Part shown: piece after piece, positions 50,486-62,264 of the stretch
How the letters are laid out: every line of letters starts with the position of its first letter
Position numbering within the stretch: the first letter of the stretch is position 1
Assembly: GCF_963921235.1 (NCBI RefSeq)
Contig: NC_086097.1
Span: forward strand, 10,044,001 to 10,108,000
Direction of reading: 5' to 3'
Source: Mobula hypostoma
Taxonomy: Eukaryota
DNA length: 64,000 nucleotides
Translations under genes and position numbers: made by a program
Notes under the pieces: generated by a model
Seen by the model: only the letters and a program-made list of their open reading frames with translations
Told to the model about the DNA's origin: nothing
Databases searched by the model: none

Positions 50486-51730
50486 TGACAGAACTCCCTG
50501 TACATGTGCTCAGTGGTATGGTGGGTACCTACGATGGACTGGACTGTATACTTTTTGCAGCAATTCCTATTCAAGTGCATTGGTACCTTCATTCCAGTCC
50601 ATGATGCAACCAGTCAATAAACTCTCCACACACATCCACAAATGTTTGTCAAAGTTTTAGATGTCATACCAAATCTTCACCAACTTCTAAGAGCTGGAGG
50701 TGCTGCCATGCTTTCGTCGTAATTGCTCTTACGTGCTGGTCTCAGGACAGCTGATAACATCAGGGAATTTAAAGCTGCTAACCTTCTCCACCTGTGTTCC
50801 TCCAATGAGTGTTGGCTCATGAACTTCTGGTTTCCTCCTCCTGAAGTCGATAATCATCTCCTTGGTCTTGCTGAGATTGAATGAAATGTCGTTGTTGTGG
50901 CTCCACTCAGCCAGATATCTAATCTCTCTCCTCTCTGCTGATTCATCATCACCTATGATTCAGTCAACAACAGCGGTGTCACCAGCAAACTTAAATATGG
51001 CTTTGGAGCTGTGCTTAGCCTCACAGTCATAAGTAGAAAGTGAATAGAGCAGGGAGCTAAGAGCTCAGTCCTGTGGTGCACATATGTTGATGGAGATCTT
51101 GGAGGAGATGTTGTTGCCAATCCAAGCAGACTGCGGTCTGCAGGTGAGGAAACTGAGGATGCAGTTGAATGAGGAGGTATTGAGGTCAATATCTAGAAGC
51201 TTGTTGATTAGTCTGGAGGGAAGGATAGGGTTGAGTGCTGAGATGCAGTTCAGACATTTCCGTCATCTCAGGGTTGAAGTGGCATCTGCTGTGGACCTGT
51301 TGTGCCAGTTGACAAAAGGAACAGATCAAAGTCACTTCTCAGGCAGAAGTTGATATATTTCATCAGTAACCTCTCAAAGCACTTCATCAGAGAGGTTGGC
51401 ATATTCTTCTTAAACACCAGTATAATTAAAGCCTTTTTAAAACAAGGGGGTGACTTAGGCTGCTGAAGTGAGAGATTAAGTATATCTGTGAACACTCCAG
51501 CCAGTTGAATAACACAAGTCTTTAATACTCAGCCAGGTACCCCATTGGGTCCAGATGATTTCCATGCGTTCATCCTTCTGAAGGATGCTGTCACATCAAC
51601 TTCAAAGCGTGAAATCACAGAGACACCAGCGACTGTGGGAGGTTGTGAAGGTTCCGCCATGTTTTGACGGTCAAAATGAGCTAGAAGGCATTGAGCTCAT
51701 CTGCGAGCAAAGCCTTGTTGTCAACTTGCA
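50486..51730 (-). mobile_element. Rex1/Babar RT (right half of the host of the Copia insertion)
   Basis: [34 protein letters not shown]-like region; joins 39496. Confidence 0.85.
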
Positions 51731-51739
51731 TAATCTTAT

Positions 51740-52450
51740 ATAAACCTTTATTGGATCCCTCACTCATCCAGAGAAAATAGCCCAAATTTACCCAACCTCT
51801 CCTTGTAGCATATGCCTCTAATCCAGGCAGCTTCTTGGTAAAACTCTTCTGCTCCCTGTACAAAGCCTTCACATCCTTCCTATAATGGGGTGACCACAAC
51901 TGAATGCAATAATCTAAATGCAGCCTACAAGAGTTTTATAAAGCTGCTACATAATTTCCTGACTCTTGAACTTAATAAAGGCAAGCATTCAATATACTTT
52001 CTTTACAATCCTATCAACATTTGTCGCCATTTTCAGAGAGCTAAGGACTTCAATCTTGAGGTCCCTCTGCATATTAACATTGTCGAGAGCCTTGAGATTA
52101 CTAGTGCACAGTCCCTTTACACTTGATTTCCCAAAGCACAATACTCCATATTTGGACGGATTGAAAACACGATTTACCACTTCTCCACCCATATCTGCAA
52201 CTGACCTATATGTCACTGCATCCCTTACTAGTGTTCTATGCTTTCCACAACATTGCCGATCTTCATATCATCAACAAAAGTACCAGTCCACCCATCTACA
52301 TGTTCTAACAGCAGATGACCCAGCACAGATACCTGCAGAACATCACTAGTCAGTGACCTCCAGCCGGAAAAAAAATCCCATAGATTGAAACCCTCTGTAT
52401 TGTCTGGACAAGCCAATTCTGAATTCAAATGGCCAATTCATTGTGGATCT
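51740..52450 (-). mobile_element. Degenerate CR1 ORF2 fragment
   Basis: WSPHYRKDVKAL, FVDDMKIG, FNPSK. Confidence 0.8.
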
Positions 52451-53194
52451 TCGGATTTTCAAACTGTTATCCAGATACCAAGAGTTAAGTTATGGGAAAA
52501 GTGTTTATAAAACTGTGCATCTTTCCATAGTGGGTTGAAAATTTTGAGTTGATAGAAGCTAATATTCAAGGGAATGAAATTGTTTTTGTGAGTATGATGG
52601 TGGACAATAAACCCTTGTTACACAAAATGAGCCTGACAAATTGTCAATATGGGTCTTGCTGAGTTAATATTCTAGTAAAACAGTTAGATTTGGGTCAGGA
52701 TGAATCAGATCTGAACTCTGGCTCAGAATTTTATGCAGTTGTTATGGCTGCATGTGTACTTCATTCTTCATCAACAATTGGTTTTTCATCCTCAAAGAGG
52801 TTAATTGCATGTTTGAGCCAACTACAGTTACAGCAATGGTAATTTTTGGTCAAGTGTGGGAAATTTTCCAAGACTTTCAGGGCCAGTGTAACAATTAGAA
52901 CCAGCCTTCATGAGTGAAAACAAAATTGAAAATGTCAGAAACACTCAGCAGGATAAACAGCATCTGTGGAACGAGAAGCAAATAATATTTCATGTCTGAC
53001 ACTCTTCATCTGAGTGATTCCAGTATTTTCTGTTTCTATTTCATGTTTCTGACAGCAGGAGAGCTTTTCTTTTTTTCAAGAGTTAGTTTGGGAAATACTT
53101 ATACATGCACAATGCGTAGACGTTTGAAGACACTTCCGCAATTAGGAATTGATGTCAGATTAATTGCCAATTTAAAATATGTTACCAATAGCAT

Positions 53195-55997
53195 GTAAAA
53201 GCAAAAGAGAGGGCATACAAGGAAGCCAGAACTAGTGGGAAGATAGAGGAGTTGGAAACTTTTAAAAACTTGCAGAATGAAACTAAGAATGTCATTAGGA
53301 AGGAAAAGAAGAATTATGAAAGGAAGCTGGCAACTAATATCAAAAAAGATACTAAAAGCTTTCTTAAGTATATAAAAGGTAAAAGAGAGTTGAGGGTAGA
53401 TGTAGGACCAATAGAAAATGATGCTGGAGATATTGTAATGAGAGATGCAGAGATGGCAGAGGAACTGAATGTGTATTTTGCATCAATCTTCACAGTGGAA
53501 GATGTCTGCAGTATATCGGACATTCAAGAGTGTCAGGGAAGTGAAGTTTGTGCAGTGAAAATTACAACTGAGAAGGTGCTCAGGAAGCTTAATGGTCTGA
53601 GGGTGGATAAATCTCCTGGACCTGACGGAGTGCACCCTTGGGTTCTGAAGGAAGTAGCTGAAGAGATTGTGGAAGCATTAACAATGATCTTTCAAAATTC
53701 TGGCATTGTACCGGATGACTGGAAAACAGCAAATGTTACTCCGTTATTTAAGAAGAATGGTAAACAGCAGAAAGGAAACTATAGACCTGTTAGCCTGTCA
53801 TCCAGTGATTGGAAAGTTATTGGAATGGATTGTTAAGGGTGAGCTTACAGAGTACCTGGAGGCACATGACAAGATAGACCAAAGGCAGCATGGTTTCCTG
53901 AAAGGAAAATCCTGCCCGCCAAACCTACTGAAATTCTTTGAGGAAATTACAAGCAGGGTCGACGAAGGAGATGCAGTAGACGTGGTGTACTGGATTTTCA
54001 GAGGGCCTTTAACCAGGTGCTGCACATGAGGCTGCTAGCAAGATAACAGCCCATGGAATCACAGGGAAGTTTCTAGCATGTGGAGCATTGGCTGGTCAGC
54101 AGAAAACAGAGAGTGGGAATAAAGGGATCCTATTCTGGCTAGCTGCTGGTTACCGGTGGAGTTCCACAGGGTCGGTGTTGGAACCACTGCTTTTTATGAT
54201 GTATGCCAATGATTTGGACTATGGTATTAATGGATTTGTGGCTAAATTTGCCAATGATACAAAGATAGGTGGAGGAGCGGGTAGTGTTTAGGAAACGGAG
54301 AGACTCAGATAGTTTAGGGGAATGGGCATTCATTTCTAGAGGTAAAGAATGTAAGAGCAGGGATGTGATGTTGAGGCTCTATAAGCCCCTTGTGAGACCA
54401 CCCTTGGAGTATTGTGTGCAGTTTTGGGCTCCTTATTTTAGAAAGGATATACTGACATTGGAGACTGTTCAGAAAAGATTCACAAGAATGATTCCAGGAA
54501 TGAAGGGGTTATCGTATGAGGAATGTCTGTCCGCTCTTGGGCTGTATTCCCTGGAGTTCATGAGAATGCGGGGGATCTCATTGTCACGATGGGGGGGGGG
54601 GGGCATTGATGGCAGACCCAAATGCAAGACAAAAACACTATGTGAGGTAAACTAAATTGAGCTTATTGCTCGTTGCAAGGAGAGCAAAGCAGAAGCGGGA
54701 AAAAGCATAATGGACAAGGAACAGGCCCTGGACTAAGGCTGGAACACAAGGACTGTGCTCAGGCTAAGACTAGGAAAGTGGGACCAGGTGAAGAAACTAG
54801 GAACTAGGAACCTGGACAAGTACTCCGAGCCGGAGCCTGGACAGGGACCCGGAACCTGGGTCTTGACTCGGGCTCGGACCCCAGATCCAGGCGAAGACAA
54901 GACATGGCTAGGCTACAGGACAAGGCACATGGACAGGACACAGACTAGGAGCAAGGACAGGAACACAGACTTGGGACGGGACAAGGAACTCAGGAACCAG
55001 ACATGGGCTTGATACTTGGAACCTCCGGGGCCAGGACTTGATAGTTGATACTTGGAGCCTCCGGAGCCTGGACACTTTTTATTCACGGGAGAGACTTAGA
55101 CACAGGACATAAAACACTGAGCCGGGAATCCTCCTTAGACACAGGACGGAGCCAGGACTCTTCTTGACACAGGGTCAGGACCCTTCCAAGGTGCAGGGCC
55201 GGGACCCCTTTTAGACGCAGGACATGGAAACAGAGACCACACAACGATGAACAGAACTACAACTGGGCACCAAGTACGCACCAAGTAGCGGCGAGCTCTT
55301 GACTAACCCCGGCGGGTTAACTTTGACCGACCTGCTCTGGCAAGGGAAGGCGGCTTGCAGGCACTTGCTTCGGGAAGAGACTAGGCTTGCTCCGGAAAGA
55401 ACTTAGTTGGCTCCGGCCTGATGACATTGGCACGCAACTACCTAGTGACTTCGTTAATGCTCTTGCGCCAAACGGCTGAAAGCTGGAGACTATAAACTGC
55501 CGGTTCAGCCAAGAGTAAATTGCCTCCAATCACCAAGCCCGAGGGACATGGGAACAGGGACCAAAGGGAAACAGGGAGTCAACGGTCCGGATCATAACAT
55601 AAACAGTAAAATTTAAATTTAAAGGGACCCCGATCCGGACCATGACACTCATAGAAACATTCCAAATGGTAAAAGGTCTGAACAAATTAGATATGACAAA
55701 GTTATTTCCAATGGTAAGGAACTCTAGGACAGGAGGGCATGACTTCAGGATTGAAGGACGTCCATTTAGAACTGAGATGCGGAGAAATTATTTTAGTCAG
55801 AGGCTGGTAATTCTGTGGAATCTTTTGCCATGTGCGGCTGTGGAGGCCAAGTCACTGGGTGCATTTAAGGCAGAGATAGATAGGTTCTTGATTATGCAGG
55901 GCATCAAAGGGTATAGGGTGAAGGCAGGGGAGTGGGGATGACTGGAAGAATTGGATCAGCCCAAGATGAATGGCGGAGCAGACTCGATGGGCCGAAT
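53195..55997 (+). mobile_element. 5'-truncated CR1 LINE interrupted by a solo LTR; last bases of the tail missing
   Basis: KSPGPDGVHP, NYRPVSL, KFAND, RPPLEYCVQFW, YFSQRLV; stops at gggccgaat. Confidence 0.92.
54582..55647. mobile_element. Solo LTR (1066 bp) with internal imperfect repeats
   Basis: TGTCACG...CATGACA inverted termini, 5-bp TSD ctcat (54577-81 / 55648-52). Confidence 0.85.
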
Positions 55998-56288
55998 ACA
56001 AGAGACTATAAACTTGAATGAAAAAGTCAAAATTTTAGAGGATGAAAAATTTCTCCTCAGGAAGAACTTGAAAATGTCCAGGAAATATCAGACAAAGTCA
56101 AGAGTGAGAGAGAGCACCTGGAGGCGGAAATACTAAAAAATGTCGATAAGATTGATCAATTAACTGAAGCACTAAAGACACTTCATGTGCAGAATAATTC
56201 ACTTGTCAATGAATTAGATTGCTTCAGAGAAGAGAAGCGTCATTTGACCAAAGAAAGAGAAGCCCAGGAAACAAAGGTGGTAAAAGAC
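55998..56288 (+). pseudogene. GOLGB1: Frameshifted fragment of a coiled-coil host gene, giantin/golgin B1-like
   Basis: With one base restored near 56057 reads QETINLNEKVKILEDEKFL/QEELENVQEISDKVKSEREHLEAEILKNVDKIDQLTEALKTLHVQNNSL...; resembles non-mammalian GOLGB1 from memory, not verified. Confidence 0.5.
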
Positions 56289-56795
56289 GACATTTTTTGG
56301 AGAGACTTAAACGGTTCTCAAAATAGCATACAGCATTGAATGTGGTTGCCCGGATCCAGCAACTAGCAAAGACAGCCAAAACAGCAAAACCCATAAATGT
56401 CGAAGACAGAAAAAAGGCCAGTCTTTTGCTTGTAAAATTGGCACAAAGGGGTGCTTTCAAAGAGGAAATGCGAATACTGAGTCATGGCAAACTGCCACAC
56501 AGCCGTCCATTGTTCTAACTTGACCCAGTATTGCAAGATGGTGTTCTCAGGGTGGGAGGGTGATTAAAGAAGGCTTCCTTACCTCTCGACTTGAAGCATC
56601 CAGTAATCCTCCCAAGAGATGGTGTGGTCACACGTCTGATCCTAGATTACTGCCATGGAAAAACTCAGCACCAAGGCAGAGGACAAACCCTTAATGAACT
56701 GAGAGGAAATGGTTACTACGTTGTTGGAGGCAGCAAAGTTGTGGCAAACTACATCAAACAATGTGTTACATGCAGGAAAGCTCGCAGGCAACAGA
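56289..56795 (+). mobile_element. BEL/Pao pol fragment (integrase N-terminal region)
   Basis: LDPVLQDGVLRVGG, KHPVILP, CHGKTQHQGR...CVTCRK (HHCC). Confidence 0.9.
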
Positions 56796-56914
56796 AACAC
56801 AAAAGATGCATCCTGGCTTATTTATACTGTTTTTATTGAATAAGTTATTCAGCGTGTACATGTTGTTGTCGCCGGGCAAAAAAAAATGCACAACTCAAGA
56901 TTTTTTGCACACGC

Positions 56915-57290
56915 TGGTCATTATAAATTAGAGGGAACATTGGCAGGTCGGCAGTGTTGGTGATGCATTGTGCAGTTTTGTCTACCTGTTGTAGAGCCTT
57001 CCTGTCTGCCCCAGTGCAGATTCCATACCATGCAGTAATGCACCTTGCTAGGATGCTTTCTACTGCGCATCTGTAGAATGACATAAGTTTAGATGTGCAT
57101 AGTCCAGCCTCCCTGGAAAGTAAAGGCATTGGTGAGCTTTCATGATTATGTTAAGTGTGTTCTGAGACCATGAGAGATTGTGCAAGATGAACACTCCCAA
57201 GAGTTTTAAACTGTTCACAGTTTCCTTTGCTGTGCTGCTGATGTAAATAGAGATGTGACCGGTGCAAGTTCTCCTTTGCAAATGAGTGAA
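56915..57290 (-). mobile_element. Rex1/Babar fragment
   Basis: FYRCAVESILARCITAWYG..DRKALQQV. Confidence 0.85.
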
Positions 57291-57832
57291 GGCAGTAAGC
57301 TAATATGAAATAATTAAGAAGAAACTGGTCACTTCCCATTGTTCAGGTCAAGAAAAAACAATATTGATTCAAACATAGGCCTGATCAGTGGGCATGAGAT
57401 GTGAGTGGGAAATTCAAGCAAGTTTGGTCTCTGTCATTAAACTCTATGTAGAATCTGGACACGGGATGGTGCGACTGATGTCAAGACACCAGTATCAATT
57501 GGTCCTGAGCTTTGAGTGGGTTTGCATTAAGTCAAGACTTGGCTGAATGCTGTTGGTTCCCCTTAGAAAAGACGGTGTTGGAAGGATCAGTACAGTAAGC
57601 CTGAACACACTGCATATAGCCTTAGCACATGGACATAACAATTCAGTTTTTGGAATTCAATGAAGCAGAGTAGCGCTGCTTAAAACCATACTCACATCCC
57701 TTAAAGAGAAAATGCTGATTGCCTGCTAATTGTAACAAATAATATTGAAAAGGGATTGGACATTTAGTGAGGCCGTGAGCAGACAGAGGGGCAAAGCTTG
57801 ATTACTGTCAGGAAGGAGGTTAAAAAGCATCA

Positions 57833-60479
57833 CTCACAACATGCTGGAGGAACTCAGCAGGTCAGGCAGCATCCGTGGAAACGATCAGTCAATGTTTCGG
57901 GCCGGAACCCTTCGTCAGGACTGAAGAGGGAAGGGGCAAATGCCCTATAAAGAAGGTGGGGGGAGGGTGGGAAGGAGAAGGCTGGTAGGTGTCAGGTGAA
58001 AAACCAGTAAGGGGAAAGATAAAGGGGTGGGGGAGGGGAAGCAGGGAGGTGATAGGCAGGAAAGGTGAAGAAGGAATAGGGGAAAACACAATGGGTAGTA
58101 GAAGGAGGCGGAACCATGAGGGAGGTGATAGGCAGCTGGGGGAGGGGGCAGAGTGAAATAAGGATAGGGGAAGGGAGGGGGGTGGACGGAATTACATCAA
58201 CCGTCTCAACTCCACCACTCCTCTCTTCTGTTCCAACCTCACTCCCTCTGAACACACTGCCCTCCACTCTGTCCGCACTAATCCTAACCTCACCATCAAA
58301 CCCGCTGACAAAGATGGTGCCGTAGTGGTCTGGCGGACGGACCTCTACCTCACTGAGGCCAAACAGCAGTTCTCTGACACTTCCTCTTACTTACCCCTGG
58401 AACAGGACTCCACCAAAAAACATCAAACCATTGTCTCCTGTACCATCACTGCCCTTATCAACTCCGGAGACCTTCCATCTTCAGCCGCTAAACTCATAAT
58501 TCCCACACCCCGTACCTCTCAGTTTTACCTCCTCTCCAAGACCCACAGTCCTGACTGTCCCAGTAGACCCATAGTTTCTGCCTGCTCCTGTCCCACCAAA
58601 CTTGTATCTGCCTACCTGGACTCCATTTTGTCACCCATAGTTCAGTCCCTCCCCACCAACATCCGGGATACATCCCATGCCCTCCACCTCTTCAATAACT
58701 TCCAGTTCCCAGGTCCCGACCGCTTCATTTTCACTATGGATGTCCAATCTTTATACACCTCCATTCCCCATCAAGAAGGCCTCAAAGCCCTCCGCTACTT
58801 TCTGGATAATAGACCTCACCAGTTCCCCACCACCACTACCCTCCTCCGGTTGGCGGAACTGGAACTCACACTTAATAACTTCCCTCTTGGCTCTTCCCAC
58901 TTTCTTTAGACCAAAGATGTAGCTATGGGAACTCGCATGGGCCCCAGCTATGCCTGCCTCTTCGTTGGTTATGTGGAACAGTCTGTGCTCCAAACCTATT
59001 CTGGTACTGCTCCCCAACTTTTCCTTCGGTACATTGACGTCTACATTGGTGCTGCTTCCTGCACCCATGCTGAGCTCGTCAATTTCATCGACTTTACTTC
59101 AAACTTCCACCCGGCCCTCAAATTCACTTGGTCTATCTCGGACACTTCTCTCCCCTTTCTCGATGTCTCGGTCTCCATCTCTGGAGACAGACTGTCCACT
59201 GACATCTTCTACAAGCCCACTGACTCTCATAAGTACCTCGACTATACTTCTTCCCACCCCACCACTTGCAAAAATGCCATTCCCTATTCCTAGTTCCTCC
59301 GTCTCCACTGCATCTGCTCCCAGGTTGAAGTTTTCCATTCCAGGACATCTCAAATATCCTCTTTCTTTAAGGATTGTGGGTTCCCTTCTGCCGCCATCAA
59401 TGAAGCCCTCACCCGCATCTCCTCCATTTCCCGCACTTCGGCCCTCACCCCATCCTCCCGCCACCACAACAGGGACAAAGTTTCCCTTGTCCTCACCTAC
59501 CACCCCACCAGCCTCTGGATCCAGCACATTATCCTCCGCAACTTCCGCCACCTTCAACAGGACCCCACGACTAAGCACATCTTTCCCTCTCCACCCCTCT
59601 CCACTTTCCGCAGGGATCGGTCCCTCCGCGATTCCCTGGTCCACATGTCCCTCCCCACGGATCTCCCACCCGGCACTTATCCCTGTAAGTGTAAGTGCTA
59701 CATCTGTCCCTACACCTCCTCTCTTGCCACCATTCAGGGCCCCAAACAGTCCTTCCAGGTGAGGCGACACTTCACTTGTGAGTCTGTTGGGGTCATTTAT
59801 TGCATCCAATGCTTCCAGTGTGGCCTCCTCTACGTCGGTGAAACCCGACGCAGATTGGGGGACCGCTTCATCGAGCACCTGCGCTCCGTCCGCCACCACA
59901 GACAGGATCTCCCAGTAGCCACCCACTTCAACTCTGCTTCCCATTCCCATTCGGATATGTCCATACATGGCTTCCTCTACTGCCATAATGAGGCTAAGCT
60001 CAGGTTAGAGGAGGAACACCTCATATACCATCTAGGTAGTCTCCAGCCCCTTGGTATGAACATAGAATTCTCCAACTTCCGGTAATTCCCTCCCCCTCCC
60101 TTCCCCCATCCTTGTTTCACTCTGCCCCCTCCCCCAGCTGCCTATCACCTCCCTCATGGTTCCACCTCCTTCTACTACCCATTGTATTGTCCCCTATTCC
60201 TTCTTCACCTTTCCTGCCTATCACCTCCCTGCTTCCCTCCCTCACCCCTTTATCTTTCCCCTTATTGGTTTTTCACCTGGAACCTACCAGCCTTCTCCTT
60301 CCTACCCTCCCCCTACCTTCTTTATAAGGCCTCTACCCCTTCCTTCTACAGTCCTGACGAAGGGTTCCGGCCCAAAATGTTGGCTGATCATTTCCATGGA
60401 TGCTGCCCGACCTGCTGAGTTCCTCCAGCATGTTGTGAGTGTTGCTTTGACCCCAGCATCTTCACAGTATTTTGTGTTT
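57833..60479 (+). mobile_element. Penelope-like element (RT + GIY-YIG, decayed) with inverted pLTR at its 5' side, inserted in a Rex1 tail
   Basis: KPADK, RPIVS, MDVQSLYT, MGTRMGP, RYIDV, GVIYC..LYVGET..GMN; inverted arm 57833-58195; TSD aggttaaaaagcatca / aggtacaaaagcatca. Confidence 0.93.
57886..57923 (-). ncRNA. Hammerhead ribozyme motif (variant)
   Basis: CAGTC-CTGACGA-AGGGttccggCCC-GAAAC-ATT-GACTG; partner copy at 60349-60386 has GAAA changed to AAAA. Confidence 0.6.
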
Positions 60480-60719
60480 AGGTACAAAAGCATCATGAGT
60501 AGGACTGCCAGACTGGGTAACAGCTTCTTTCCTCAGGCTGTGAGAGTAATGAATACCCTGCCACCACCGAGATCTCATCACTAGGACAGTTGGTGGTTTA
60601 CTGTGTTTACTGTGCTATGCATTTTGAATTATATTTTATTATCTTATTTATAGTATAGTATTTTGGCTTATGAGCTGTGTTGTGTGGTTGCACCATTGTC
60701 TGGAGGAATGTTATTTCAT

Positions 60720-60880
60720 TTGGTTTCCTCCTACAGTCCAGAGACATACTGGTTATTAGGTTAATTGGTCTTTGTAAATTGGCCCATTATTAGGTTAGAG
60801 TTAAATGAGTGGATAGCTGGTTGGTGCACTTAAAGGACCAGAAGGCTCTGTTGCTTGCAGTATCTCTAAGTAAGTAAATT
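60720..60880 (+). mobile_element. HE1-like SINE 3' half
   Basis: ggtttcctcctacagtccagagac...aggttaattggtc. Confidence 0.7.
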
Positions 60881-60936
60881 ACCCAGTGCATAACAACCTC
60901 TCAGCTATTCCTTTTCCCATAGTATATGGAACAAAA

Positions 60937-61184
60937 ACACGAGGAAATCTGCAGATGCTGGAAAATCAAACAACACACACAAAATGCTGGTGGAACGCAA
61001 CAGGCCAGGCAGCATGTATAGGAAGAAGCACAGTCGACGTTTCAGGCCAAGACCCTTCATCAGGACTAACTGCTTTTTTCAGTTAGTCCTAACAAAGTGT
61101 CTCGGCCTGAAACATCGACTGTGCTTCTTCCTGTAGATGCTGCCTGACCTGCTGCGTTCCACCAGCATTTTGTGTGTGTTGCTT
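60937..61184. mobile_element. Palindromic mini element of two inverted PLE 3' tips
   Basis: Arms 60968-61072 and 61080-61184; TSD gtatatggaacaaaa / gtatatgggataaaa; intact hammerhead motif on minus strand 61031-61068. Confidence 0.85.
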
Positions 61185-61733
61185 GTATATGGGATAAAAT
61201 TTGTTCTGATTCCAAGTTTCGAATCTATGGTACAAAAGTGCAATGAAAAGCACATCCAATGCATCTAAATAACATAGAATTCAAATCATGACTGCTGTGC
61301 AGATATATGGACATCTGCTTAAAACCAATAAAGGACAAAATATATTTAAATTTTCATTGGCTAAGAGTAAAGTGTAGCATTGCTGAGAAAATCTGAACGG
61401 CTTGTTGTAATGTAATGACTTAGCTAAAAATTGGATTTGGTCAGCGGAACATAATTACATTGTTCAAACAAAACTTCTCAATATCACACTGTCAGTGTAA
61501 TGCTACATAATTGTATGATCTCAGTGGGGAACAGGGCCATTAAATTTAAATGTGACAGATGTTAGACATTAAACCTTCCATCAAAACTCTGAGAAATTAG
61601 TCAATATTGTTAACTCTTCATCTGTTAAAGTTAGTAGAATGGGTACTTTCCTTAGCCTTTAACTCTACTAACATTCAAGCTATCCTAGTGAAGGCTAAGT
61701 TTATTACTGGAAGCTTTGGTAGTTGAATACTTT

Positions 61734-62260
61734 TGTCACCTGGGGAAAAAGTACACACTCAGGACAACGAGACTTTTTCGAGTTTTAATTCCTTTCTCGG
61801 TTTTCGATGTTTAAGTGCCAAAAGAGGGTCGCAAAACAAAACAAACTAATTTACAAGCAGATCTTGCCATTACAATCTCAGTTTAACTTCCGATTCACAC
61901 TCTTGTGTATGGACAGAATTGCGTATGCTGTATAAAAATACCAGAACTAATACGGTACAAATACGGTAGTGGCAATCCTACTTGGATGGTGAGGAATTTT
62001 GTATAAGCCACGCTATCCAGCGTTGATTCCTTCACTCGTGGAAATCTTTCCTCACCATGCCCAGCCTCGGGCAGAACTCAATTCCAACTCCCCAACACGT
62101 CTTCTGCAGAAAGCAAAATAGTCTCCCCACTATCCTGCGCGTGCGTAATGACATCACCATCTCCCTTAAAGGCACAGATAACTATTCTAGCATTACCCGG
62201 ATGGATGCCTAAGTACACTTTTAACGATCCTGAATAAGATCCAACTGTCAACCGGTTACA
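61734..62260. mobile_element. Solo LTR (527 bp)
   Basis: TGTCACC...GGTTACA termini, 4-bp TSD cttt (61730-33 / 62261-64). Confidence 0.8.
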
Positions 62261-62264
62261 CTTT

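Noticed and set aside
54720..55230. Imperfect short repeats resembling an array
   Set aside because: Internal repeats of the solo LTR; no constant repeat-spacer periodicity, and vertebrate DNA, so not CRISPR
59099..59986. 295-aa minus ORF and overlapping 270-aa Ser/Pro-rich plus ORF (58950-59762)
   Set aside because: Antisense and alternative frames of the Penelope RT/GIY-YIG region
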